Assembly: GCA_903893445.1 (NCBI GenBank)
Contig: CAITMG010000030.1
Location: 1 to 51,523 of the forward strand
Origin: Candidatus Uhrbacteria bacterium
Lineage (GTDB): Bacteria > Patescibacteriota > Patescibacteriia > 2-12-FULL-60-25
Direction: 5' to 3'
DNA length: 51,523 nt
Positions 43,532 to 51,382 of the stretch are shown in pieces (within the stretch, counting starts at the first letter, position 1; each line of letters begins with the position of its first letter). The notes below the pieces were generated by a model. It had not been told where the DNA came from, made no database searches, and saw only the letters and a program-made list of their open reading frames with translations. The translations under genes were made by a program, and so were the position numbers.

Positions 43532-43558
43532 AAAAAGGGCAGACACGAGGTCTGCCCT
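43532..43558 (-). terminator. Rho-independent terminator
   Basis: agggcagac-ctcgt-gtctgccct followed by tttttg on the minus strand. Confidence 0.75.
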
Positions 43559-43576
43559 TACACGAACAAGAACAAT

Positions 43577-44023
43577 TTATTTCTTTTTCTTTTTTGGCAA
43601 CCACTTTTCGTACTGGTCGCGTTCGGCACGGGCTTTGCGAACTTCTGGAACGGTTTTGAATGCGAATTGATAGATCTGCCAGTTCTTCCAGATCACCCAG
43701 ATGAGCAACGGGAGCCAAAAGATGCGCATGCTGAGATACGCGACGCGTTCATACGCAAATGCGTAGAGCATCAAGCCGGTGATCCCAAATGTCAGCCACA
43801 CAAAGCCAAGACGCTGAACGATCTGACGATCGAGCTTGTCCATGGACTTGAGTCGCGGCAATGCATACGCCACGATCCCGCTCACAAAGGATGCGGCAAT
43901 AAAGGCGATGATCACGATATTGATCACGGAGATAAACGCTGGTGGGTTTGGGTTGAACCAAAACGAAAGGGTGAGTAACGGTGGGAGTGTCATACGGTTG
44001 GGCAGATGTTGCCAAAAAAACAC
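43577..44023 (-). CDS. Membrane protein, hypothetical
   Basis: Three to four hydrophobic helices and a Lys-rich tail. The start is uncertain (44023 or 43993). Confidence 0.55.
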   Translation of the reverse strand: MFFWQHLPNRMTLPPLLTLSFWFNPNPPAFISVINIVIIAFIAASFVSGIVAYALPRLKSMDKLDRQIVQRLGFVWLTFGITGLMLYAFAYERVAYLSMRIFWLPLLIWVIWKNWQIYQFAFKTVPEVRKARAERDQYEKWLPKKKKK

Positions 44024-44047
44024 AAAAGACGCAATAACGCGTCTTCT

Positions 44048-44614
44048 TTATTCGACAGGGACCTCGGTGCGGAGATAAATAAGGCCGTAATGGTAGGGCC
44101 CCGCTTCGAATTCGTCGTAGTACTTGATAAGGGGCGATTGAAGCTCTTTTTTGGCGTCCTCCTTGCTGATTCGCGAGGCTTGGGGTGGCCCGAGCGGCGT
44201 TGCCTCGGTCTTCCACTCCACCACGACAATCCGCCCATTTGGACGCGTCAGGCGTGCCATCTCGCGTAGCAGTTGGGGTCGATTTTGGGAAAGAAACAAA
44301 TTATTAATGAGGAGCGTAAGGTCGAGCGACTCTGGCTCAACGTGCGTTGCGCGATAGACGTCGATATCGGACCAGACCGGATACACGTTCCAAAACTGTT
44401 GTTCCTTGGCGCTCTTTTCGATCTGCTCGAGGACAGAGCGTTGGATGTCCACGGCATAGACCGCGCCCTTTCCGCCAACAAGCTGCGCCGCTGGAAATAC
44501 AAAGTGACCCAACGAGCCACATCCGAGATCTGCCACGCGTTGGCCATCACGAATACCGACCCGTTCAAGCAACTTGAACGGGTTGATCAATTCTGTGCCA
44601 CTACGGACGTACAT
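44048..44614 (-). CDS. Class I SAM-dependent methyltransferase
   Basis: Motif I ..VADLGCGSLG.. followed by ..AVDI.. 188 aa. Confidence 0.85.
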   Translation of the reverse strand: MYVRSGTELINPFKLLERVGIRDGQRVADLGCGSLGHFVFPAAQLVGGKGAVYAVDIQRSVLEQIEKSAKEQQFWNVYPVWSDIDVYRATHVEPESLDLTLLINNLFLSQNRPQLLREMARLTRPNGRIVVVEWKTEATPLGPPQASRISKEDAKKELQSPLIKYYDEFEAGPYHYGLIYLRTEVPVE

Positions 44615-44617
44615 AGA

Positions 44618-44863
44618 TTAATGCGGAAGGACGGAACCGAGCGTTGCATTTAAAAATGCATTCCAGAGATTTGTCGCCCACATGAATCCGACAAGACAAA
44701 TCACTAAGCCAATCATCTTGTACATAAGAGATGTGCCGCCGCCGCCAAGATGCTGATCTGCCCACGGGATTGGACCGGCGATATCAATAATGTTGCGCGT
44801 CTTCCACACGATCAAAAATCCAAACGCGGCAATCAGGAGACCAATAATAATGCGAGAAATCAT
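44618..44863 (-). CDS. Small two- to three-TM membrane protein, hypothetical
   Basis: 81 aa, hydrophobic, with tight 3-nt spacing to the next gene. Confidence 0.55.
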   Translation of the reverse strand: MISRIIIGLLIAAFGFLIVWKTRNIIDIAGPIPWADQHLGGGGTSLMYKMIGLVICLVGFMWATNLWNAFLNATLGSVLPH

Positions 44864-44891
44864 AGGACTGCACAGAGTATATCACGTCGCG

Positions 44892-45707
44892 TCACCATTT
44901 TGCTTCCTGCATGTCTTTGGCGACAAACGTTTGACCAAAGTATCCTGCCGCGCGGACCTCGGACAGCATCACATCTGCGGAATCAAAATGAAAATAATGC
45001 GTGAGCCACAACTGTTTCACATTGGCATGCAATGCGAGCTCGCCGCACTGACGCGGGCCCATGTGTCCGTAGCCGCCGGTGTACTCTTGCCCAACGCGCG
45101 TACTGCAATCGGCGATCAATAAATCTGCGTCTTTTGCGAGGATACGTGCGCCTTCGCAGATCCCCGTGTCGCCCGTATATGCAACGATGCCGTATGGTGT
45201 TTCGATGCGAAAGCCCATGGCTGGATGACGACCAAAACCATGATAGACGTTAACAGCGGTCAGTTTGACGCCTGGCAAAATTTCTTCGACGTAGCCATCG
45301 TCCATCCCGACGATATCTGGTGCAAACTCGTTCCAATATCCCCCATCGTTCTCGGGTTGATGCCAGTTCCACACTTGCGGAAAATCTCGCGCTAACACCT
45401 TTGGCAAATACACGCGCAGCTTTCCCGAGCTCAGATCTTTGGAATCAAATAAATGCCGACAAAATTTGGATTGAATGAATTGTGGGAGCGCCGCGTGATC
45501 TGGATGCGAGTGACTCACCGCAACATGTGACACCGAGGCGATATCAATCCCAGCGGCAACCAGACGAAAACGAATCCCCTCACTGCAATCAAGCAACACG
45601 TGCTGACCATCAACTTCAATTAAAAAACCCGGCGGCTGCCGTAACGTTCCAACTTGCGTTGTTGAAAGGCACACACCGGTGCCAAGAGCGAGAACACACA
45701 ATCCCAT
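44892..45707 (-). CDS. MBL-fold metallo-hydrolase
   Basis: HxHxDH motif ..VSHSHPDHAA.. 271 aa. Confidence 0.88.
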   Translation of the reverse strand: MGLCVLALGTGVCLSTTQVGTLRQPPGFLIEVDGQHVLLDCSEGIRFRLVAAGIDIASVSHVAVSHSHPDHAALPQFIQSKFCRHLFDSKDLSSGKLRVYLPKVLARDFPQVWNWHQPENDGGYWNEFAPDIVGMDDGYVEEILPGVKLTAVNVYHGFGRHPAMGFRIETPYGIVAYTGDTGICEGARILAKDADLLIADCSTRVGQEYTGGYGHMGPRQCGELALHANVKQLWLTHYFHFDSADVMLSEVRAAGYFGQTFVAKDMQEAKW

Positions 45708-45716
45708 GCGGACAGT

Positions 45717-46187
45717 TTACGCGATGTGCGATGAAGAGGAAAGATCCTCATGTCGCAACATCTTTCCCGTGTCAGAAAAAAAGAATCGTTTGTTGACCAC
45801 ACCCCCGTGCAACACGTCCATGAGCCACACGGCATCATCTTCCCACATTTCGTTGAGCGGAATTTTATCCAGCGCATACCACTGCGGACGCATCTCCTCG
45901 GTCTCCACAGGTTCACCGGACACATCCGTGGTCACAAAAATGGTGCAGGAATTATCCCAATCTGGTTTGTTCTCAAACACAAACTCCACCACACCGCGAT
46001 TCTCCAAAACACCAACATTTACGCCTGTTTCCTCGCGGGTTTCGCGACGGCAGGCGTCTTCAACGGATTCGCCGGGTTCAATTTTTCCACCTGGGCCGTT
46101 CCATTTCCCTGCGCCAAATCCACGCTTTTTCATCGCGAGTAACACCTTGCCGTTGACGATCGGATAACAGAGCGTTGTGTATTTCAT
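45717..46187 (-). CDS. NUDIX hydrolase (MutT-like)
   Basis: Nudix box GGKIEPGESVEDACRRETREETGV. Confidence 0.9.
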   Translation of the reverse strand: MKYTTLCYPIVNGKVLLAMKKRGFGAGKWNGPGGKIEPGESVEDACRRETREETGVNVGVLENRGVVEFVFENKPDWDNSCTIFVTTDVSGEPVETEEMRPQWYALDKIPLNEMWEDDAVWLMDVLHGGVVNKRFFFSDTGKMLRHEDLSSSSHIA

Positions 46188-46194
46188 AGAAAAA

Positions 46195-46734
46195 TTATTT
46201 AATCACGGCCTGTAAAATTTCGGGAACTTCAAATGCTAATTCGACGGGTGTCAGATGTCCGCGATGACTATGCGTTTCAATCAGCGGCACGCCCAACCCC
46301 TCTGCCATCCACTCCCCTTCGCGAAATGGAACCAGCGGATCAAAGCGACCATGTAATACGCGCCACGATGCCGCGCGCGAACGCACCACGTTCAAATCAA
46401 TTCTTGCCTCACCAAACCAATGTTCCAATAACGGAATTTGAAACAGCCGTGCAAAGCCTGCGACCAACACGACACGCGCCAGCGGCGGACCGTCGTACGA
46501 TTGCAATGCCAATAAAATCGACGGACAGCCAAGTGAGTGACCGATCAAGACCGTGTCCGGTGAGGTGATGGACGCTTTGATGTGATCAACCCACACCTGA
46601 CGATCCGGAAACGCCGGATGCGGCATCACGAGCGCTTCGGTCGTGTATCCGCGCGACTCCAGCTCACGCCGTAACCACGGAAACCACGCATTTTCCGGCG
46701 AACCCTTCCAGCCATGAACCAGAATGACGTGCAT
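46195..46734 (-). CDS. Alpha/beta hydrolase (YdeN/RBBP9-like serine hydrolase)
   Basis: MHVILVHGW.GSP...WFPWL followed by the nucleophile elbow GHSLG. Trimmed to the ATG at 46734. Confidence 0.8.
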   Translation of the reverse strand: MHVILVHGWKGSPENAWFPWLRRELESRGYTTEALVMPHPAFPDRQVWVDHIKASITSPDTVLIGHSLGCPSILLALQSYDGPPLARVVLVAGFARLFQIPLLEHWFGEARIDLNVVRSRAASWRVLHGRFDPLVPFREGEWMAEGLGVPLIETHSHRGHLTPVELAFEVPEILQAVIK

Positions 46735-46795
46735 ATGAAAAAATCGTAGCACGTAGACATTTTCCCTTCCATGAATTATCGTGCGCGTCATCCAT

Positions 46796-46888
46796 GGACG
46801 CTAAGCTCCACGATGTCGCTTTGCTCTTCGGGGCAGGCAGCTGGTTAGAGCGAGCCGATGGACATCGGCTAGGTCGCGGGCTCGATTC
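46796..46888 (+). pseudogene. Decayed tRNA-Val(GAC)-like sequence with D-loop insertion and no 3' acceptor strand
   Basis: ggacgctaagctc + a 30-nt insert (UUCG hairpin) + agctggttagagc + agccg-atGGACat-cggct + aggtcgcgggctcgattc. It parallels the neighbouring tRNA-Val but lacks the T-stem 3' strand and the acceptor 3' strand. Confidence 0.7.
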
Positions 46889-46905
46889 AATGCATCAACA
46901 ATCTT

Positions 46906-46982
46906 GGACGCTTAGCTCAGCTGGTTAGAGCGCCTCGTTTACACCGAGGAGGTCGCGGGTTCGATCCCCTCAGCGTCCACCA
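46906..46982 (+). tRNA. tRNA-Val (anticodon UAC), CCA encoded
   Basis: ggacgct/agcgtcc acceptor, gctc-agctggtta-gagc D arm, cctcg-ttTACac-cgagg anticodon arm and a gcgggttcgatcccctc T arm with one mismatch. Confidence 0.9.
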
Positions 46983-47049
46983 TGAAAACAACTCCTCCTT
47001 GGGAGTTGTTTTCGTTTCCGAAGAAGACGTTCCCTGCTATCCTTTTTGG

Positions 47050-47634
47050 ATGTCGAGATTCTTCTCTTTGTCAGCCGCTGGATTCATTTTTTCGATGTTC
47101 TTTTTTGTGATGCCAGCACATGCGGCAACAACCACGACGATTGCACTTCCGCTTGATCATGCGTTGGATCGTGTGACGAAAAAGACATTTGGATTATTTG
47201 TTGATCCGACGCATTCCCCTGTTTCACCCGAACGCTTTCGCGGATATCACACAGGAACCGATTTTGAGACAACGCCCGAAGAGGCAACGCCAACGGTCGC
47301 GGTGCATGCGATGTGTGGTGGCACGTTATTGCAGAAACGAACGGCAAGCGGGTATGGCGGAATCGCCGTCCAGTCGTGCGTCATCAACAAACAACGCGTC
47401 ACGGTGCTGTATGGCCACTTAAAACTCGCGAGCATTACGCCGCGTATTGGCGCCAAACTTGTCGCTGGACAGGTTATTGGTGCGCTCGGAAAAGGATATA
47501 GCAAAGAAACTGACGGCGAGCGCAAACATTTACACTTGAGCATCCACAAAGGCGCAACGATCAACGTCGCAGGCTACGTTCAAAAAAAATCATCGTTGAA
47601 AAATTGGATTGATCCAATGACCGTATTGAAATAA
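47050..47634 (+). CDS. M23 family (LytM-like) metallopeptidase
   Basis: Signal peptide, then HTGTDFE (HxxxD) and HLHLSIH (HxH). Confidence 0.88.
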   Translation: MSRFFSLSAAGFIFSMFFFVMPAHAATTTTIALPLDHALDRVTKKTFGLFVDPTHSPVSPERFRGYHTGTDFETTPEEATPTVAVHAMCGGTLLQKRTASGYGGIAVQSCVINKQRVTVLYGHLKLASITPRIGAKLVAGQVIGALGKGYSKETDGERKHLHLSIHKGATINVAGYVQKKSSLKNWIDPMTVLK

Positions 47635-47655
47635 AAAAGCTGCCGATTGGCAGCT
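47633..47655. terminator. Bidirectional hairpin terminator
   Basis: aaaaaa-agctgcc-gatt-ggcagct between convergent genes. Confidence 0.65.
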
Positions 47656-47663
47656 GAGACGCA

Positions 47664-48029
47664 TCAGATTCCTTCACCATCACGACCACAGAACACCCAC
47701 GTTCGCGTATTGGCGAACGCGGGATTCATCCGAATCCACTCGTTGCGTCGCTGCGAGAGCTCCTCCTGCTTCTCCGGCGAAATACGCAGATCGACCGATC
47801 TCACCACTTCACCATCACGCGTGATCGAATGAATGGTTCGACCATCCCCTTCGGCAGGCAACCACTTGATGCAACGCGTACGCTTGTCCGGGATTACCAT
47901 CGTATCATCTTCGATGGCGCCGCCCACCTCTTTTGGTGACGTTGGAGTCGCGGCAGGACAGGTCGTTCCCGATGCAGGCGCACATCCGATCCACAGCATT
48001 CCGATGACACAAAGGGCAAATACCTTCAT
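47664..48029 (-). CDS. Putative lipoprotein, hypothetical
   Basis: MKVFALCVIGMLWIGC (signal plus lipobox-like Cys), with GGAGGGAG upstream. 121 aa. Confidence 0.65.
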   Translation of the reverse strand: MKVFALCVIGMLWIGCAPASGTTCPAATPTSPKEVGGAIEDDTMVIPDKRTRCIKWLPAEGDGRTIHSITRDGEVVRSVDLRISPEKQEELSQRRNEWIRMNPAFANTRTWVFCGRDGEGI

Positions 48030-48045
48030 AACTCCCTCCGCCAGG

Positions 48046-48074
48046 ATATCAACGTGTTTTTATGAGATTGTCAA
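48046..48074 (-). promoter_or_regulatory. Promoter TTGACA-N17-TGATAT
   Basis: Read on the minus strand, about 17 nt upstream of the lipoprotein ATG region. Confidence 0.55.
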
Positions 48075-48089
48075 TCACCATTCCCAAAC

Positions 48090-48114
48090 AAAAAATCCCC
48101 GTTTGGGGATTTTT
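48090..48114. terminator. Bidirectional hairpin terminator
   Basis: aaaaa-atcccc-gttt-ggggat-tttt. Confidence 0.75.
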
Positions 48115-48116
48115 CG

Positions 48117-48148
48117 TGTGGTGCATCAGATGCTACAAAGCACGAACT
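48117..48148. repeat. 32-bp perfect direct repeat, left copy
   Basis: tgtggtgcatcagatgctacaaagcacgaact is identical to 51382-51413 and contains the small palindrome gcatc-a-gatgc. Confidence 0.9.
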
Positions 48149-48155
48149 CGTTCGG

Positions 48156-48368
48156 CTACCGCACCTGACGACAGTGATACCGATCTTTGATGAACTGTGC
48201 CAGATAGGATCCCTTCGAAGCTGCCGACATCATTGCGGCATAGACGCTGCTCGGGACCGCAAAGTACTGATAGATGGATCCACCGTGAAACTCGACCTCG
48301 AGGGTCGAGCTCAATGAATCGTAGCCGACGCTGGCGACGTTTGACGAGCTGACTCGCGTCCTATCCAT
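48156..48368 (-). CDS. KTSC domain-containing protein
   Basis: ..VSSSNVASVGYD..S.TLEVEF.GGSIYQY..VP..VY..M..A.SKG.Y....I.. is the typical KTSC pattern. 70 aa. Confidence 0.8.
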   Translation of the reverse strand: MDRTRVSSSNVASVGYDSLSSTLEVEFHGGSIYQYFAVPSSVYAAMMSAASKGSYLAQFIKDRYHCRQVR

Positions 48369-48448
48369 AGTCGCCCAACTCTACCATTCCCGTTGCTGCT
48401 TGCAAGACCCTATGAACCCGGACGTGCGGCAGGCGAGGACGGCACTTG

Positions 48449-50086
48449 TTAAGTTTCGATTGGCACGACCACGGATTCCTGACTCGGAGGACTACTCGAA
48501 GCCGCGGGCGGGCACCGCACAGAAGCGGCAAAACCAAGGATCGAGCTGACAGCGACACAAAGCGGAGTGACCACGACACCCTTTGATCTAAGCTTGTCGA
48601 GCACGTAGCCGATGAAGATCGCATTCTTGTCCAGGCCGCTCTCCTGGAGACCTTCCTCTGACCGCACCTCATTCTCCGTCTCTTTGTATGTGTTGCCAAC
48701 TGAACCGCGCACCGTGGCGCCGATGTTGTCCTTCCAGACAATCAAGTTCTGCGACACGTGCGTATCGACTGGGAAGCTCTGGCACGACGCTCCGCACAGC
48801 GAGATGATGGCATCGTTTTCGGGCTTGTGTTGGCCTCGCGCACTCGCTGCCTTATGTTCGACATCCGGCGTCGCTCCAGCAGGCGCGGAACAGAGGTTGC
48901 CGTCGGCGTCGAACAGAGTGAACACAGGAATGTCGAGACACTTCGCCACGGCCCTCAACTGAACGAGACGCGACTTCCCATCGGCAGGAACGATGTGACA
49001 GCCGAGGCGACGAAACTCCTCCTCCTTTCCATCCAAGACCATCTGAGAGGTGAGAAACGCCGCGTCCTCAAGACCCTCAACAAGCACCAAGATTGGCGTA
49101 AAGAACATCTCGCTCGCAGCGGGCTGGAGCAGCTGATGGAGTTTGGCCCGCGCGCCTTCTGCGTTCTTGGGTCCGCTCACGCCGACGCTCTTGAGTAACG
49201 TGGCTACATCGCCATGCGTCGCCGCCCGAATGTTCGAGGATGGGCCGTTGGCATCGCGCCTGACCACGCGAATATCCGGAAAACCGTTGCCCGACACGAA
49301 CAGTGGGCTATGGGAACAGACGAGAACCTGCGCGCCCGACCGCGCGAGCTCGCTCATGCAGGAAGCCATGTGTCGCGCCTGAGGCGGATGCTGGTACAGC
49401 TCGGGCTCCTCGCAAGCGAGAATCAACTTCGGCGCATCGTCCGCTCCAGTCGCAACAACTTCCTGAATGAGCGCGAGGAGGTAGGAGCGCTGAAATCCAT
49501 GCCCTTGACGCGCGAGCGATCCCTCAAAGGACGCATCGCCGGCAGCGACTGCCACGTATGGCTGTTTGACCGTGACAGGCGCCTTTGGATCTCCTTCCCA
49601 TCGCAGGCGCAGCAACGCATCCGGATGCGACCATCGCGCGAGCCTCTGGCTGAGCGAACTCGACAAATCCGTGAGAGATTGCTGGCGCTCCGCCAGAATC
49701 GCATCGTATCTTTCGGCGGCGTCGGTTTCCAGCGCCTTGATCGCGTCATCGAACTTGACCTTCGAACGCGCACGCGCGCAGCTATGAGGGCATCGTTCAG
49801 TCGCTTCGTTGCGTCCCCGCCCTCCATGGGCTCGGGCGGAGCGGTGCCATCGCCATCTTGCCGCCAGACGCCTCCAACCCGAACCGTCGAAGGGCCGAGT
49901 CCTGGCGGCGGCGGTGGCGGCGGGGGCAGCCTGCCCCCGGCGGCCGGCGGCGGCCACGACGACGGCGCGAAGTCCCCAGCGACGGGCGGCGGTGGTGGCG
50001 GCGGCGCGAAGTCCCCGAGCGCGACGAGAATTCGCTTGCCGGCGCCAAGCGTGCCGCGGAAGCGGAACTTCGCTCGGTCGAAACAC
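48449..50086 (-). pseudogene. OLD-family ATP-dependent endonuclease, 5'-truncated (signature, Walker B and Toprim retained; no Walker A)
   Basis: Carries RQGHGFQRSYLLAL, LILACEEPELYQHP, VLVCSHSP, LVLVEGLEDAAFL and TLFDADG. Recognisable similarity stops near 49765; upstream the frame reads Arg/Ala-rich junk through GC-rich DNA. Confidence 0.7.
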
Positions 50087-50679
50087 AGCTCGAGCGGTTG
50101 ACCGACCTGGTCGTCCAGGGCCACATCGACACTCCCGAATTCGAGCGACGAAAGGCGCGGCTCACTGCGCGCCGGCTCGAACTGAACGAAGAACTCGCAG
50201 ATCCGGCGAAGAGCATCGACGCGTGGCGTCGGAGGATCCAGGACGGCATCCGTCTCCTCACCGCGCTCTCGACGGCCTTCGCAGCAGCCTCCTTCGAGCG
50301 AGTGGTGAAATTCCTTCAGGCGAGAGGCGGTGTCGAGTTCCTCGAGCACATTGAAGTCTTGGAGCCGAATAGTTCGCAGCACGCATATCGCGGCACCATC
50401 CTTCCACCCGCGACCCTGCTGCAAGCGCGGAACGATCGGAAGATGGAATGGAAGCTCATGTGGACGGCCGGTATCGCCGGTCTTCTCCTCCTTCTTCTCA
50501 CGCTTCTCATGGCGATCATGACGCACTGGCTTGAATGGACGTTCGGCAAGTGGCTCCTGGGAGTGGTGGACCGACTCGGCACGGCAGCTCTCGCGACTGC
50601 CGGCGTATCTCTGGCCAACGTGTTGATCTACTACTTTGAGATCAAGCGTACGGCGGGCATCCGCTGGACTCTCGAATAA
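49858..50679 (+). CDS. Chimeric-looking ORF: Arg-rich N-terminus, recombinase-like coiled coil, two C-terminal TMs
   Basis: Strong G/C third-position bias in this frame. ..AEAELRSVETQLERLTDLVVQGHIDTPEFERRKARLTARRLELNEEL.. resembles the C-terminal coiled coil of large serine recombinases. An internal ATG at 50443 could give a 78-aa TM protein. Confidence 0.4.
   Translation: MPPDASNPNRRRAESWRRRWRRGQPAPGGRRRPRRRREVPSDGRRWWRRREVPERDENSLAGAKRAAEAELRSVETQLERLTDLVVQGHIDTPEFERRKARLTARRLELNEELADPAKSIDAWRRRIQDGIRLLTALSTAFAAASFERVVKFLQARGGVEFLEHIEVLEPNSSQHAYRGTILPPATLLQARNDRKMEWKLMWTAGIAGLLLLLLTLLMAIMTHWLEWTFGKWLLGVVDRLGTAALATAGVSLANVLIYYFEIKRTAGIRWTLE
49925..50030. repeat. Extremely G+C-rich low-complexity tract with a 39-nt periodic element
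   Basis: ggcgcgaagtcccc recurs at 49964 and 50003. The line 49921-49980 is 51/60 G+C. At least four of the six reading frames have a track ORF running open across it. Confidence 0.8.
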
Positions 50680-50680
50680 T

Positions 50681-50703
50681 AAAACGACGCCTACGAGGCG
50701 TCG
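50681..50703 (-). terminator. Hairpin shared by two convergent mini-ORFs
   Basis: cgacgcct-acg-aggcgtcg 8-bp stem with tttt on the minus strand. Confidence 0.5.
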
Positions 50704-50713
50704 CGTGGGAGGA

Positions 50714-50839
50714 TTACGAGAAAACCCATGTGACGAGCAATCCTGCGGTGGCCATGAACACGAGCACCGCAAAGAGCAGTCCGACGACGGCGACATGCGG
50801 ACGGTCGTTCCAAAGCCGATCAATCCAACGGATGGTCAT
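50714..50839 (-). CDS. Candidate 41-aa single-TM peptide (MTIRWIDRLWNDRPHVAVVGLLFAVLVFMATAGLLVTWVFS)
   Basis: Not in the track. GGAG lies 7 nt upstream of the ATG, there is one clean TM, and a hairpin with a T-run follows directly. Confidence 0.45.
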   Translation of the reverse strand: MTIRWIDRLWNDRPHVAVVGLLFAVLVFMATAGLLVTWVFS

Positions 50840-51076
50840 GCCGATGCTCCACGCCCGCCTGCTCGTCACTCCACAAAAATGGAAATAGCGAGCACGCAGG
50901 CCGGATAAGGGTCCTGCTGCCCGCCGCGCCAGAATTGGAGCGATCGGATCTACGACGCCTACAAGTAAGGGACTGGCCCGACGTTACCCCATGTGGGTAT
51001 CGCGTCAAGTGGAGCTGGGCATAATGAACCTAAGAATAGTGGAAGCGTTCTCCGTCGAAGTGCAGTGTGTGTAGAT

Positions 51077-51340
51077 ATGGAGACTCCACCACTCACACCA
51101 GACATGATTCGATCCTTCAGAGAGGCCTTTCAAGCGGACTTCGGTCGCGAGATCACGGTCGCAGAATCCGAGGAGATGGCGAGTCGGGTTCTACGCGTCA
51201 CGCTGCTCGTTGCTGACACTCTCGACCGGAAGAAGCATCTGAGCCAATCGCCGGCATCGACCAAGTTCGAGTCGCCCGTGGTGTCGGCCGAACTTCCACA
51301 CTCAAAGAACTCGCGCAACGAACAACTTCGCTTCATCTAG
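51077..51340 (+). CDS. Hypothetical 87-aa protein
   Basis: Trimmed to METPPLTPDMIRSF.. A terminator follows. No motif recognised. Confidence 0.5.
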   Translation: METPPLTPDMIRSFREAFQADFGREITVAESEEMASRVLRVTLLVADTLDRKKHLSQSPASTKFESPVVSAELPHSKNSRNEQLRFI

Positions 51341-51349
51341 CCCAATAAC

Positions 51350-51382
51350 AAAACGTACCCGTTGTGTAACGAGTACTCTTTT
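51350..51382. terminator. Hairpin terminator abutting the right direct repeat
   Basis: gtacccg-ttgtgtaa-cgagtac followed by tctttt. Confidence 0.6.

Noticed and set aside
48361-48741. 126-aa minus-strand ORF overlapping the OLD 3' end and the KTSC start.
   Set aside because: It is out of frame with the Toprim domain and Arg/Ser/Cys-rich. This is typical of open alternative frames in G+C-rich DNA.
50290-50360. Minus-strand peptide ..LRTIRLQDFNVLEELD.. as the missing N-terminus of the OLD ATPase (OLD proteins often start with I-R-I-x-N-F-R).
   Set aside because: No Walker A (GxxGxGKS/T) follows in that frame. It is antisense to the + frame that shows better codon bias and a long recombinase-like coiled coil. 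I judge the resemblance coincidental.
49423-50823. 466-aa minus-strand ORF and 295-aa + strand ORF (49214..50101) across the GC-rich tract.
   Set aside because: For most of their length they are out-of-frame shadows of the OLD homology region or of the + strand frame, which has the strong third-position G/C bias. They stay open only because stop codons are rare in this composition.
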